Of a stretch of DNA of 64,000 nt, positions 38,708-48,572 are shown in pieces; position 1 is the first letter of the stretch; each line of letters starts with the position of its first letter. The DNA is taken from NCBI GenBank assembly GCA_028287465.1, contig JAQBPO010000033.1, positions 4,688 to 68,687 of the forward strand, written 5' to 3'. Both the position numbers and the translations under genes were made by a program. The DNA is from Fibrobacterota bacterium (GTDB lineage: Bacteria; Fibrobacterota; Fibrobacteria; UBA11236). Under the pieces are notes generated by a model, which was not told the DNA's origin, ran no database searches, and worked only from the letters and a program-made list of their open reading frames with translations.

Positions 38708-39588
38708 TGAAAGGCGCCTGGGTCCTCTTCACCGCCCTGTTGATCGGAAGCTATTTCCCCACCCTGAAGTGGATGATCGAGCGCTGGGACGAGGCCGATT
38801 CGTACATGGCGCACGGCTGGCTCATCCTTCCCATTTCCCTGTTCCTGGCCTGGCGGGATCGGGAAAGGATCCTGCGGGCTCCCAGGTCCGGATCCGCCGC
38901 CGGGTTTTTCATCCTGCTCGCCGCGATCGCCATCCATATGGTGGCGGGCCTGGCGGACGTCTCCTCGATTTCGGGACTGACCCTGGTCCTGGCCCTCTTC
39001 GGATTCGTCCTGTTGCAATTCGGTTGGCCCGTGGCCAGGGCCATGTGGTTCCCCATCGCCTTCCTCGCCTTCATGGTCCCGCCCCCGGAATTCGTGATCA
39101 GCAAGATGAACTTCTCCCTGAAGCTCATCGCGGCCGATTTCGCGACGGGACTCTTGAACCTGGTAGGCCTGCCCGCCATCCGCCAGGGCTCCTTCATGGT
39201 CTTCCAGGACGAACGCCTCGCGGTCGGGGACGTCTGCTCCGGGTTGCGCAGCCTGCTGGCGCTCCTGTCCCTCGGCGTCCTCTATGCCTGGCTGATCCGG
39301 GAAAAAGGCAGGCTCCATGTCCTGGCCATCCTGGCGCTGGCCATTCCGGCGGCCGTCATCGGGAACGGCATCCGCATCTTCCTCGTCTCCTGCCTGGTGA
39401 TCGGGTTGGGCCAGGCCGCGGTCTTCCGCCCCCTGGTGGGATCCTGGGATCTGCACCTGTTCACGGGCTCCGTCATCTTCATCGCCGCGTTTTCCTGCCT
39501 GTACCTGGCGACCCGGTTGCTGGACAAGGTGCGCCCGGAGCGGCCCCTGGCCCGATTGCGGGAAACCGGCCTCAAGGAGCCGGCATGA
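38704..39588 (+). CDS. xrt: Exosortase (EpsH family)
   Basis: Multi-TM; YMAHGWLI, FLAFMVP, catalytic Cys VGDVCSGLRS, Arg NGIRI, His LHLFTG. Confidence 0.94.
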   Translation: MMKGAWVLFTALLIGSYFPTLKWMIERWDEADSYMAHGWLILPISLFLAWRDRERILRAPRSGSAAGFFILLAAIAIHMVAGLADVSSISGLTLVLALFGFVLLQFGWPVARAMWFPIAFLAFMVPPPEFVISKMNFSLKLIAADFATGLLNLVGLPAIRQGSFMVFQDERLAVGDVCSGLRSLLALLSLGVLYAWLIREKGRLHVLAILALAIPAAVIGNGIRIFLVSCLVIGLGQAAVFRPLVGSWDLHLFTGSVIFIAAFSCLYLATRLLDKVRPERPLARLRETGLKEPA

Positions 39589-40226
39589 CTCCCAAAGCCC
39601 GCGGCGTTTGGACCTTGGCCGCCTTGATCCTGATGGGGATCTCGGCCGTGCTGTCCAATACGGTCCTGTTCCGGCAAACCCTGCAAGGCACCACCCGGCT
39701 CACCCGTAACATCCCCAATACCATCGGATCCTGGGAGCTCGTGGAGCAGGCCGCGGCCACCCCGGGGGAAATCAAGGGCCTGGAAACCACGGACATCATC
39801 AAAAGGACCTATTCCAACGGCAGTTCCTACATGGAATTGATCGTCGCGTACATCTCCCACAGCAGCCGCAAATCCGCCCATGCCCAAGAGGCCTGCCTGC
39901 GGGGCGCCGGAGCCCTCGTGGGCAGCATCAGCGACGTCGGATTGGACGGGGACCGGGTGATGGCGAAACTCATTTCCATCGATCTCCGGGACCGTCGGCA
40001 GTGGGTCTGCTATTGGTATAAGATCGGACATGCCCATACGGCCAGGTACCTGCAATCCAGCTTCCTCATGTTCCTGGGGGGAATCATCGGGCATAAGAAC
40101 CAGGGAGCCTCCCTGGTCCGCTTGTTGACCCCGGAAGGGAGGGGCGAATCCCCCGCCCAGATTAAGGCCAGGATTGAGGATTTCACGCATTTTCTGGTGC
40201 CTGAACTCGAGAAGAACCTGCCCTAA
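39585..40226 (+). CDS. epsI: Exosortase-associated EpsI family protein
   Basis: C-terminal part of ORF 38769..40226, ATGA overlap; IPNTIGSW, RTY, LIVAY, HAQEACLRGAG, YWY, SLVRL. Confidence 0.85.
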   Translation: MTPKARGVWTLAALILMGISAVLSNTVLFRQTLQGTTRLTRNIPNTIGSWELVEQAAATPGEIKGLETTDIIKRTYSNGSSYMELIVAYISHSSRKSAHAQEACLRGAGALVGSISDVGLDGDRVMAKLISIDLRDRRQWVCYWYKIGHAHTARYLQSSFLMFLGGIIGHKNQGASLVRLLTPEGRGESPAQIKARIEDFTHFLVPELEKNLP

Positions 40227-40250
40227 TTCCTTAAAAAGAAGCGCGTTGTC

Positions 40251-40286
40251 TGTAAGAATCCGTCCTAAGGGCCGGATTCTTTTACA
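40251..40286. promoter_or_regulatory. Candidate PrsR enhancer (inverted repeat TGTAAGAATCCG...CGGATTCTTTTACA)
   Basis: Imperfect inverted repeat ending ~50 nt upstream of a sigma-54 motif in front of the PEP-CTERM gene. Confidence 0.6.
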
Positions 40287-40335
40287 ATTGGTCCGCCGTA
40301 CCGTTCCCTTTTTCCCTGAAAACCGGCTTGGGCGA

Positions 40336-40351
40336 TGGCATGGACTTCGCT
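40336..40351 (+). promoter_or_regulatory. Sigma-54 (-24/-12) promoter of the PEP-CTERM gene
   Basis: TGGCATGGACTTCGCT has exact GG-N10-GC spacing, close to the TGGCACG-N4-TTGC consensus, 36 nt before ATG 40388. Confidence 0.72.
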
Positions 40352-40387
40352 CAATGGTGGATGGACGATACATCTGAAAGGGTGAAC

Positions 40388-41104
40388 ATGAACAGCTTGA
40401 AACTCGGCATTCTCGGCAGCTTGGCCATGGCGGCGGCCTCCTATGCCACCGTGATCAACAACGGTCCCGAAACCAGCCTGCAGACCGTCCTGAACAATAT
40501 CACGGTCGGCGGCACCAGCAGCGTCAACGTGAACACGGACCAGGTCAATCTCGACATGTACTGGAACCTGACCGCCACGGGCGGTTCGATTTCCAGGATG
40601 ATCATCGAGCTGGCCGGCAATGCCGGAAACAATACCTTCGGCATCTACGATGCGCTCGATCCCACCAAGAAGGTCACCCTGTTCGATGGCGCCGCATCCG
40701 CCGGAGCGGGCGTCGCGGTCGCGATTTCCGATCTGGGCGTGGTCGAGAAGAATTTCTCCAATACCGGAATCGTCTTCGGCGGCAAGACCTTCGGCTACTT
40801 CCTTTCCGGCAACGGCGGCACCTTCTATTCGGACTATAAGCTGAACAACGGCGGCGTTGACCACATGGTCGCCTTCCAGGGCGAAAACGACCTGGTCAAG
40901 CTTCCCGGGGCCGGCACCGGCGTCTGGAATCCCAATGAATACGTCCTGGCCTGGGAAGACGTGGTCGGCGGCGACAATGACTTCAACGATATGGTCGTGA
41001 TGGTCGAATCCGTCCAACCGGTTCCGGAACCCACCACCCTCGGCCTGATGGGCCTGGGCCTGGTTGCCATGGTTTTCGCGGCCCGCCGCCGGAAGCTTTC
41101 GTAA
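40388..41104 (+). CDS. PEP-CTERM sorting domain protein with DUF4114-like domain
   Basis: Signal peptide MNSLKLGILGSLAMAAASYA; AWEDVVGGDNDFNDMVVMV; C-terminus VPEPTTLGLMGLGLVAMVFAARRRKLS. Confidence 0.95.
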   Translation: MNSLKLGILGSLAMAAASYATVINNGPETSLQTVLNNITVGGTSSVNVNTDQVNLDMYWNLTATGGSISRMIIELAGNAGNNTFGIYDALDPTKKVTLFDGAASAGAGVAVAISDLGVVEKNFSNTGIVFGGKTFGYFLSGNGGTFYSDYKLNNGGVDHMVAFQGENDLVKLPGAGTGVWNPNEYVLAWEDVVGGDNDFNDMVVMVESVQPVPEPTTLGLMGLGLVAMVFAARRRKLS

Positions 41105-41139
41105 GAACCCAGGGAAACGCATTCCCGCTTGATCGATGG

Positions 41140-41174
41140 AAAGGGAGGTTCACCGAACCCCCCTTTTCTTTTTT
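41140..41174 (+). terminator. Rho-independent terminator after PEP-CTERM gene
   Basis: AAAGGGAGGTTC-ACC-GAACCCCCCTTT hairpin (one mismatch) followed by a T-rich tract. Confidence 0.75.
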
Positions 41175-41213
41175 AAGGCCTTTTTTATCTTCCTGAAACG
41201 CGCTCCGGGAACC

Positions 41214-43202
41214 ATGCAGCCTCCAAATAAACCGCCCGGATCCGCCTACCGGAAAGACATCGATGGATTGCGCGCCGTTTCGGTGCTCGCGGTCATCCTA
41301 TACCATCTGGACGAAAACCTGCCCTTCAACGGCTTCGTCGGCGTGGATATCTTCTTCGTCATTTCCGGTTTCCTCATTACGGGCATCCTCTACACCGGCA
41401 TCGAGGATTCGCGGTTTTCGCTGGTCGGGTTCTACGTCCGCAGGATAAAGCGGATCCTCCCGGTCTTCTTCCTGGTCACCTCATGCGTCCTGGCCTTCGG
41501 CATCCTGGTGATGCTTCCCGAGGACATCAAGTCCATGGGGAAATCGGCCTTCGCCGCGGTGTTTTCCGGTTCCAACGTCTATTTCTGGAACAGCCGGGAT
41601 ACGGATTATTTCGCCCGCTCGAGCAACCTGCTCCCGTTGCTGCATACCTGGTCCCTGGGAATCGAAGAGCAATTCTACCTGGCCTGGCCGCTCTTCCTGA
41701 TGCTGATGCACCGGATTGCCGGATTCAAAGGGCTCCTTCCGGTTTCGGTGATCCTCGCGGCCGCATCCTTCGGGTATGCGCAGTATTCCCTCCATGTGGA
41801 CGCGTCCTTCGCCTATTACATGCTTCCCGCGAGGGCGGGCGAACTCCTATGCGGAGCGATACCGTTCCTGATCCTGCGGCGGAACGGTGCCCCCTTCGGG
41901 CGGACGGTCAGGGAAGCGGCCTCATGGTCCGGGGCCGCCTTGATCCTGCTCGCCTTCCTATTGCCCGGCGTAAAGCATGCCTTCCCCGGGCTGAACGCGG
42001 TCTATCCCTGCCTGGGGGCGGCCATCCTCATCTGGAGCGGCGCCCAAGGCGGCACCCTCCTCTCCAGGGCGCTATCGTACCGGCCACTGGTCTATGTGGG
42101 GCTGATTTCCTACTCCCTCTACCTTTGGCATTGGCCGGTCCTCGCCTTCGGGAGATACATGGTGACCGTCCTGACTCCCGTAGCCATGGCATGGTCGCTC
42201 CTCGCCATCACCGTCCTCTCCGTACTGAGCCACAGGTATGTCGAATCCCCCTTCAGGCATGCGAAGCTATCCGCCGGCCGGACCTTCGGGACCTTATTCC
42301 TCCTTCCCTTCCTCGCGATTTCCTCGGTTTCCCTTTTCCTCTATAGGACGGACGGGTTGCATCACTGGATAGCGGACAAGGAAGGCTACCGGAACTCCCT
42401 TGCCGACCTGGAGCCCTACCTGAAGCCGGCGTACGGGTTCGACTATGTCTGCCAGACCAAGGTCTACGAGGCCGCGCTGTTCAACGACAAGCGTTGCATC
42501 GTCGGCGATACGGATCAGGTCCCGGAAGTCCTCCTGATCGGCGATTCCCATGCGGCGCATTTTTCCGGCCTGTTCGGGGAGATCGGGAAACGGGACGGGT
42601 TCTCCTTCCGGAATATCGAAATGGGGGATTGCCCGCCGGTGTTGAAGGAAAAGATCGGGTATGAGGACCCCAGGAACCATAAGGAATGCAGGGAGTTCAG
42701 GGCCCGGATGCGGACCGAGATGGGGAAATACCGGATCATCATCCTGGGCGCGTCCTGGGCCAATTATTTTCCGGACCGGGAATTCATTCCCGATTTGGGG
42801 GAAACCCTGGACTACCTGTCGGGTCTGGGGAAAGAGGTCATCGTGATGGCCCAGGTGCCCACCTTCGAATCCTTCGACCGGAATTGCGCGCTCCGCAACA
42901 ACCGGTTCTTCCCCGTCGATTGCATCGGAAATGCGGACGCTTCCGGCGGCTCCGAGAAGCAGGTGAATGCCGCCATCGAAGAACTGGTCAGGAACAGGCC
43001 GGGCATCCATTTGATGGATATCCGCGACAAGGTCTGCCCGGGCGGCTCCTGCAGTCCGTACCTGGACGGAAAACCGCTCTACTACGACCGCACCCATCTG
43101 AATATCCCGGGATCATGGGTCCTGGGGAGCATGATCGGGAAGGTTGAGGATCCTTTTTCCCGGCTCCTGGCCGGAATCAGGAAACCGACCGGACTCAATT
43201 AG
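41214..43202 (+). CDS. Acyltransferase family 3 fused to SGNH domain (OafA-like O-acetyltransferase)
   Basis: YRKDIDGLRA, GVDIFFVISGFLIT, RRIKRILP, HTWSLGIEEQFY, ISYSLYLWHWP; GDSHA and DxxH (YDRTHL). Confidence 0.94.
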   Translation: MQPPNKPPGSAYRKDIDGLRAVSVLAVILYHLDENLPFNGFVGVDIFFVISGFLITGILYTGIEDSRFSLVGFYVRRIKRILPVFFLVTSCVLAFGILVMLPEDIKSMGKSAFAAVFSGSNVYFWNSRDTDYFARSSNLLPLLHTWSLGIEEQFYLAWPLFLMLMHRIAGFKGLLPVSVILAAASFGYAQYSLHVDASFAYYMLPARAGELLCGAIPFLILRRNGAPFGRTVREAASWSGAALILLAFLLPGVKHAFPGLNAVYPCLGAAILIWSGAQGGTLLSRALSYRPLVYVGLISYSLYLWHWPVLAFGRYMVTVLTPVAMAWSLLAITVLSVLSHRYVESPFRHAKLSAGRTFGTLFLLPFLAISSVSLFLYRTDGLHHWIADKEGYRNSLADLEPYLKPAYGFDYVCQTKVYEAALFNDKRCIVGDTDQVPEVLLIGDSHAAHFSGLFGEIGKRDGFSFRNIEMGDCPPVLKEKIGYEDPRNHKECREFRARMRTEMGKYRIIILGASWANYFPDREFIPDLGETLDYLSGLGKEVIVMAQVPTFESFDRNCALRNNRFFPVDCIGNADASGGSEKQVNAAIEELVRNRPGIHLMDIRDKVCPGGSCSPYLDGKPLYYDRTHLNIPGSWVLGSMIGKVEDPFSRLLAGIRKPTGLN

Positions 43203-44421
43203 GGACGGGAGAGGGAATCCTTCCAGGGAGGACCTTTACCAGGAGCCGATCATAGGTCGAGGCCAATGCGGTCCTCAGGCCTCCGCGGATTCCGGCGATG
43301 TGCGCCCTGAGGCCTTCCCGCCGGGACAAGGCGGCATCGACGGTCGCGAGCAAGGTCGCCGTATCCGCGGTGCGGAGGTCCAGGCAGAACTCGTCCAGGG
43401 CCATTTCCCCCATCAGTACCCGTACCTTGCGCGTGTCGGCAAGGGTGATAACGGGAGACCCAGCGACAAAAGCGAGGATTGCCGCATGCAGCCGGGAAGC
43501 GATCACGACCTCGGCGCGCCCGGCAGCCCCCAGGTAATCGTCCACGCTGACTATCGGCTCCAGGACGCATCTTTCCGAGGCCGCGGACATCTTCGCTTTG
43601 ATCCGATCCACGATGGGAACGTCCATGCGGGTCTGGGAACAGGCGAACCGGACATCGAGCCCTTTCGCCAGGAGGTGGTCGGAAACCAGGGCGAGCTTTT
43701 GCAGGTAGTTTTCGTAGTCGCCGTCCTCGGCCCCGGGCCAGGCGTCCCGGGCGATGGGGCTGACGATGGCATAGGGCCTCATCGGGGCCGCGCCGGCCGG
43801 GATGTCCCGGGGGCGCAATCCGAAGGCCGGATCGGGACAGACGGAACTAGGCGCCTTGAGCCCCAGCTTGACCAGCATGTCCAGGGAGCCTTGGTCGCGG
43901 AAGGCCCGGAACTGGGCGAGGTGGAGGGCCCGGATGGAAAACCACGCGCCCAGGCGGGTATTCAACTCATCCACGCCCACGCCCAATACCGCCACGGGAA
44001 CCCCATGGCGGCGCGCGCACCCGGCCCAGGCCAGCATGCGGTAGGGATGGCCCCAGGGGCCGCCCCAGAAATCGTCGATCTGGCCGCTCCCGGAAATGAT
44101 CAGCAAATCCAAGGTCTTCGCCGCCCGGTCGATGCGCCGGAGGGCCGCGAGCCGCTTGGGCAGCCAGGCCGGGACATCGGAGCCGTTCCTTCCGGTCCCT
44201 TCCGGGGCTTCCGGCCCGATAGGCGGCTGCTCGCCGGACAGGGCGATCGCCGGGATCCCATGGGTGCGCACCACATCGGCCGGACTGGTCGAGATGCCCA
44301 GGAAACGGACGGTACCCAACCTTTCCCTGAGGGTGTTCATCACGGAAACCTGGATGGAAGTATCGCCCAGGTTCGCGCTGGCATATGGGCCCAAAAGGCC
44401 GATACGCGGACCGCCGCTCAT
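43195..44421 (-). CDS. Polysaccharide pyruvyl transferase family protein
   Basis: GPYASANLGD, SGSGQIDD, FRDQGS, PDPAF, ASRLHAAI. Confidence 0.85.
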   Translation of the reverse strand: MSGGPRIGLLGPYASANLGDTSIQVSVMNTLRERLGTVRFLGISTSPADVVRTHGIPAIALSGEQPPIGPEAPEGTGRNGSDVPAWLPKRLAALRRIDRAAKTLDLLIISGSGQIDDFWGGPWGHPYRMLAWAGCARRHGVPVAVLGVGVDELNTRLGAWFSIRALHLAQFRAFRDQGSLDMLVKLGLKAPSSVCPDPAFGLRPRDIPAGAAPMRPYAIVSPIARDAWPGAEDGDYENYLQKLALVSDHLLAKGLDVRFACSQTRMDVPIVDRIKAKMSAASERCVLEPIVSVDDYLGAAGRAEVVIASRLHAAILAFVAGSPVITLADTRKVRVLMGEMALDEFCLDLRTADTATLLATVDAALSRREGLRAHIAGIRGGLRTALASTYDRLLVKVLPGRIPSPVPN

Positions 44422-45323
44422 GGCTTCAAGGGGGTGGGAGAGGGCGTGGCCGCCCAAAGGGAGCGGACCTCGCTCCACAGCTTCTCCCGATCCCATGCCG
44501 CGTACTTGAAGGCGATGGCCAGGGCGCGGACCTTCTCGGAGTAGGGAATGGGCGCCCGGACGATGCTGAAAAGGTTGTCCCGATGGAAGCGGACCCGCAG
44601 GAATCCCGCGGGCTTGCGCGCCTGGGGGTTGTAGATCAGGGTAACTTCAGCGTTACTCCGCATGGCCATGACCGTTTCCGGGGAGAATCTCCGGTAGAGC
44701 ATCACCCCGGGCAGGAGGACCAGGCGGCCGTACAAGGCCAGCTCGGACATGAGCGGGATATCCCCCCCGGGGTACAAGCGATCGAGGCCGGTCCGGCGGA
44801 GGACGGAAGTGCGGATGACCCCTTGCTGGGCATTGTTGAGGCCCACGCCGTTGAGGAGCTTTTTGAAGCGATCGCTGGGGCGGGGATCGCGGATATCCAG
44901 ATCGCCCGTGTATTCCCCCAGGGATTTCCCGTCATTGTCGACTAGTTCCGTATGGCCGTAGCACAGTACGATGTCGCGCTCGCGCTGCATGGCCTCCACG
45001 CAGCGGGCCAGGGAATCCGGCGTGCAGTAGTCGTTTCCCGAAGCCCATTTGAAGTATTCGCCGCGCGCCGGGGGGATGACCGCGTTCCAGTTCCGGGGCG
45101 CCCCGATGTTCCGTTCCTGCCTGATGTACCGGATGCGCTTGTCGCGCCGGGCGTATTCCGCGCAGATGTCCGCGGTTCCGTCGGTCGATGCGTTATCGGA
45201 AATGATGAGCTCGAAGTCCTGGAGGGTCTGCCCGAGAAGGGAATCCAGCGACTGCCGCAGATGCTTATCGCTATTGTAGATGGGCATCCCGATGGACACC
45301 AACGGATTCCCGCCAGCGGTCAC
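44418..45323 (-). CDS. Glycosyltransferase family 2
   Basis: GTG 45323 (GTGA overlap); PLVSIGMPIYN, ISDNASTD, FKWASGND. Confidence 0.92.
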   Translation of the reverse strand: MTAGGNPLVSIGMPIYNSDKHLRQSLDSLLGQTLQDFELIISDNASTDGTADICAEYARRDKRIRYIRQERNIGAPRNWNAVIPPARGEYFKWASGNDYCTPDSLARCVEAMQRERDIVLCYGHTELVDNDGKSLGEYTGDLDIRDPRPSDRFKKLLNGVGLNNAQQGVIRTSVLRRTGLDRLYPGGDIPLMSELALYGRLVLLPGVMLYRRFSPETVMAMRSNAEVTLIYNPQARKPAGFLRVRFHRDNLFSIVRAPIPYSEKVRALAIAFKYAAWDREKLWSEVRSLWAATPSPTPLKP

Positions 45324-46231
45324 GCGATTACCGGCGTCAATTGCACGGAGGGATGGGATTTGAGGCCCCGCAAGCATGCGTAGAACTCGTCCGAGATGGC
45401 GTCGAACACGGGATCCGAGATCGGCAGTTCGCGGGATTCCAGCTTCCGGACGCGGCCCATTTCCATGACCGTCCCGACCAGGCAGATGGAATCGGCGATC
45501 GCCATTTCCGTGCGGTCGACGGGGCGGCGTTCGAACGGGATGCCCAGGGTCTTGCAAAGGCCCTCGATGATGTCCACCGTGATGCTCTCGAGGCAGCCTT
45601 CGCTGGCCGGCGGGGTAATCACCTTGCCCTTCCGGTTGATCAGGACGCAGGAGGCGCTGGCCTCCGAGACGCGCCCCGCCGAGTTCAGCAGGATCATGTC
45701 CGAAAACCCCTGGCGGCGCCCTTCGATGCGGGCCAGCCGGCCTATCTGGTAGTTCGCCGCGGATTTGATGCGCGCCGGCAGGGCCGTATCCGAAGTGCGC
45801 TGCCAGGTGCTGATCCCCAGGTCCACGGGATCCGGCTTCTTCTTGTCCTGATGGTAGGAGGTGATGACCAGATCCGTGACCGTGGCCTCGCCCCATTGCC
45901 CTTCCATGGAGAAAAGCGTGGTGCGCATCCACAGGTCCCGGTTCTTATCGACCAGTTCCCGGATAAGGGCGGCGCAAGCCGATCGGTATTCCTCGAAGGA
46001 CATGGTGAAGGGGAGGTATTGCAGGAGGGCGGACCGTTGCAGCCGCTCAAAATGCTCCCGGAGCGCGAGCAGGGACATGACCTTGCCGTCATGGCTCCAG
46101 TATGCTTTCAACCCTTCGAATACGCTGATCCCGCGGATGAGGGCTTCCGCCGCCACATGGATCTTGGCATCGTCCCAGGGAGTGATGCGGCCGCCCATGA
46201 ACACGAAGGGGGGTTTTTGGAGTTGCGCCAT
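45320..46231 (-). CDS. PLP fold-type IV aminotransferase (IlvE-like)
   Basis: VFEGLKAY, EHFERL, IKSAANY (PLP lysine), SEAS, LESIT, GTVME. Confidence 0.9.
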   Translation of the reverse strand: MAQLQKPPFVFMGGRITPWDDAKIHVAAEALIRGISVFEGLKAYWSHDGKVMSLLALREHFERLQRSALLQYLPFTMSFEEYRSACAALIRELVDKNRDLWMRTTLFSMEGQWGEATVTDLVITSYHQDKKKPDPVDLGISTWQRTSDTALPARIKSAANYQIGRLARIEGRRQGFSDMILLNSAGRVSEASASCVLINRKGKVITPPASEGCLESITVDIIEGLCKTLGIPFERRPVDRTEMAIADSICLVGTVMEMGRVRKLESRELPISDPVFDAISDEFYACLRGLKSHPSVQLTPVIA

Positions 46232-46334
46232 CGGTTTGCCTCGGAGGGGCTAAAGGGTTTGGGACCATCGATTACGGATGAACGGATGGAACTCGATCAC
46301 CCAAGTATAAGCTCTTCACAATTGTGCGTCCAGG

Positions 46335-47876
46335 CTATGTTTTGCCCCACGCCAGCCTGTTCGTGATTTGACTTACGAACCGGCGCCGGTGTTCACCTTC
46401 CACCAGGAAAAAACCCGCGGCGCAAAGGTGGAGAACGGAAACCAGGGTGAAGGAAAGGAAAATCCGGGTCCAGCCCCAGCCGGGAACGTGGGGCAGAAGG
46501 GCCCGGGACGCGAGGTACACCGGAACGGCCACCATGAGGTTGGGCAGGATGCCCACCCGCCAGTACCTGCCCAGGCCGGAACCCACCTGGGCGGCCGTGA
46601 TGGCGGGAATGACCATGCCCTCGAAGACCGCCATGGGCGCCAGGGAAGCGATGGCCACCCCCAGGATACCCCAGTTCCGGACCAGGGCCAGGGCCAGGAC
46701 CATGGTGGAGACGGTCTCGGCGACGATGAGGGCCGCGAAAAGCTTGTTCTTGCGGCGGCCGAACAGGATTTGCTGGGCCACCGACGAGGACAGGGAGGCC
46801 ATGTTCGCCAGGGTCATCAGGATCAGAACGGTCCCGCTGGAACCGTACGGGAGCGGTTCCAGGTATTTCCCGCCCATCCATTGGGCCAGGAAGGCCGGGC
46901 CCACTGCCAGCAGGTTCAATCCGATGAGGCAGACCAATCCGAAGAGGTAACGCGTGCCGGTCAGAAGGAGCTCCCGCATGGCCGAGAGGTCGGAACGGAC
47001 GTCCATGGGGATGACTATCTGGAGGAGCGGGATGGTCACCGCGCTGACCAGCCCGTTCATGTAAGGCATCATTTCCGAGCCGATGGAGAAGTAGGTGACC
47101 GCCTCCGCCGCCACCTTGTGCCCGATCAGGAAGGTCCCGAAGACGGCGCATCCCTGGCCGAACAGGTTGATGAGGAAGTTGAAGAACCCGTAATGGAACA
47201 GCTCCCCGAAGGCGCGGGTCTGGAAGGCGAAGGGCCGGAAGCGGATTGCGGGGACCACCTTCCGCGCGAAGGCGGCCAGGGCCAGGCCTTCCAGGAGCTG
47301 GGTCGAGGAAACCGCCAGGGCGAAGCCCAGCAGTCCATGGTGCGTTCTCAGGACCACCACCACCAAGGCCGCGTTGATCAGCTTGACCCCCAGGGAAATC
47401 CCGCTGACGATGTCGAAGCGCTGGGCGCCCACGAGCAGGGCGGAGAAGACCGAGAGCGGGAGCTTGGCGGCCATGACCGCGCCCATCAGCAGCAGGGCGA
47501 TGCGCACGGAAGGCGCCGCGGCCGCCTGCACATGGAAGAACCGGGAGAACCACAGGGAGGCGACGAAGGCGGAGAGCAGGGCCAGCAACCCCAGGATGGA
47601 CAGCGCGGTCAGGGCGGAATTGGCCTTGGCCTCGAGTTGGCCCGCGTCGGAGTCGCTCAGGTGCCGGGAGACGTAGTGCCCCACCGCGGACTGGATGCCG
47701 AAGTCCAGGTATCCGAAATAGGTGGTGAAGGTCACGATCAGGGACCAGCAACCGTAACCCGAATCGCCCAGCTCCCTCACGATCACCGGGGAAAGGAAAA
47801 AGCCGACTCCCACCGCGACTAGGAACGCGCTCCAATTGAAGAGGATATTCTTGAGGTAGAGGACCTTATCGAACAC
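46335..47876 (-). CDS. Oligosaccharide flippase (Wzx/MATE-like)
   Basis: FFLSPVIVRELGDSGYGCW, LDFGI, FLAQWMG, WGILGVA; many TMs. Confidence 0.88.
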   Translation of the reverse strand: MFDKVLYLKNILFNWSAFLVAVGVGFFLSPVIVRELGDSGYGCWSLIVTFTTYFGYLDFGIQSAVGHYVSRHLSDSDAGQLEAKANSALTALSILGLLALLSAFVASLWFSRFFHVQAAAAPSVRIALLLMGAVMAAKLPLSVFSALLVGAQRFDIVSGISLGVKLINAALVVVVLRTHHGLLGFALAVSSTQLLEGLALAAFARKVVPAIRFRPFAFQTRAFGELFHYGFFNFLINLFGQGCAVFGTFLIGHKVAAEAVTYFSIGSEMMPYMNGLVSAVTIPLLQIVIPMDVRSDLSAMRELLLTGTRYLFGLVCLIGLNLLAVGPAFLAQWMGGKYLEPLPYGSSGTVLILMTLANMASLSSSVAQQILFGRRKNKLFAALIVAETVSTMVLALALVRNWGILGVAIASLAPMAVFEGMVIPAITAAQVGSGLGRYWRVGILPNLMVAVPVYLASRALLPHVPGWGWTRIFLSFTLVSVLHLCAAGFFLVEGEHRRRFVSQITNRLAWGKT

Positions 47877-47914
47877 GAGGGGCCAAGCGGAAGGGCATCG
47901 GGGCTAAAGCGGCA

Positions 47915-48568
47915 TCAAAGGACCGTTTTACGGCCATGGAATGCCTCAGCATACCGGGACGCCGAGTTCGATTCCATGCCCCGCAGCCGCATCAAGGCGT
48001 AGAAGGTATCCTCCATGAACCATTGCCGGCCCTTTTGGGTCGCGTAGGATTCCAGGATGACCTTGACCTTGAGGGCGGCCTGCGCTTCGCCCACGGGGAC
48101 GAAGACGTTCGGGATGCCCATGTCCCCGTCGTACTTGGGGATTTCGTATTCGAGGATGAGGTGGTCGCGCCAGGTGTTCCAGGTCAGGTCCGAGACCAGC
48201 CGATGATCCTGGTGCAAATCCCGGCGGTAATGGGTCAGGATCAGATCCGGGACGAAATCCTTCTTCAGGGCCTCGAAGGCGTCCTTAACCAGGGCCCCGC
48301 TGTAAGGCAGGTAGCCGTCCCGGAACTCCAGGATGCGGATCTCCCTCTTGGCGGCCCCTTTGAGGAACCGCTCGGCCGAGGCCTGGGCTTCCGCCCTGCG
48401 GGTGGGATTGGAGCTGAAGACCACCCAATGGAATTCCGCGGTGGGATGCTCCTCGATGAGGCGGAGCACGGTCCCGCCGCAGCCGATCTCGATATCGTCG
48501 CAATGGGCGCCCAGGCAGAGGATCCGGAGCGGCGAGCCGTCCGGCTTCGAGATTCCCAGCTTCAGCAT
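47915..48568 (-). CDS. PIG-L/LmbE family deacetylase
   Basis: GAHCDDIEIGCGG, RRAEA, DLHQDH, YEIPKYDGD. Confidence 0.9.
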   Translation of the reverse strand: MLKLGISKPDGSPLRILCLGAHCDDIEIGCGGTVLRLIEEHPTAEFHWVVFSSNPTRRAEAQASAERFLKGAAKREIRILEFRDGYLPYSGALVKDAFEALKKDFVPDLILTHYRRDLHQDHRLVSDLTWNTWRDHLILEYEIPKYDGDMGIPNVFVPVGEAQAALKVKVILESYATQKGRQWFMEDTFYALMRLRGMESNSASRYAEAFHGRKTVL

Positions 48569-48572
48569 CCGT

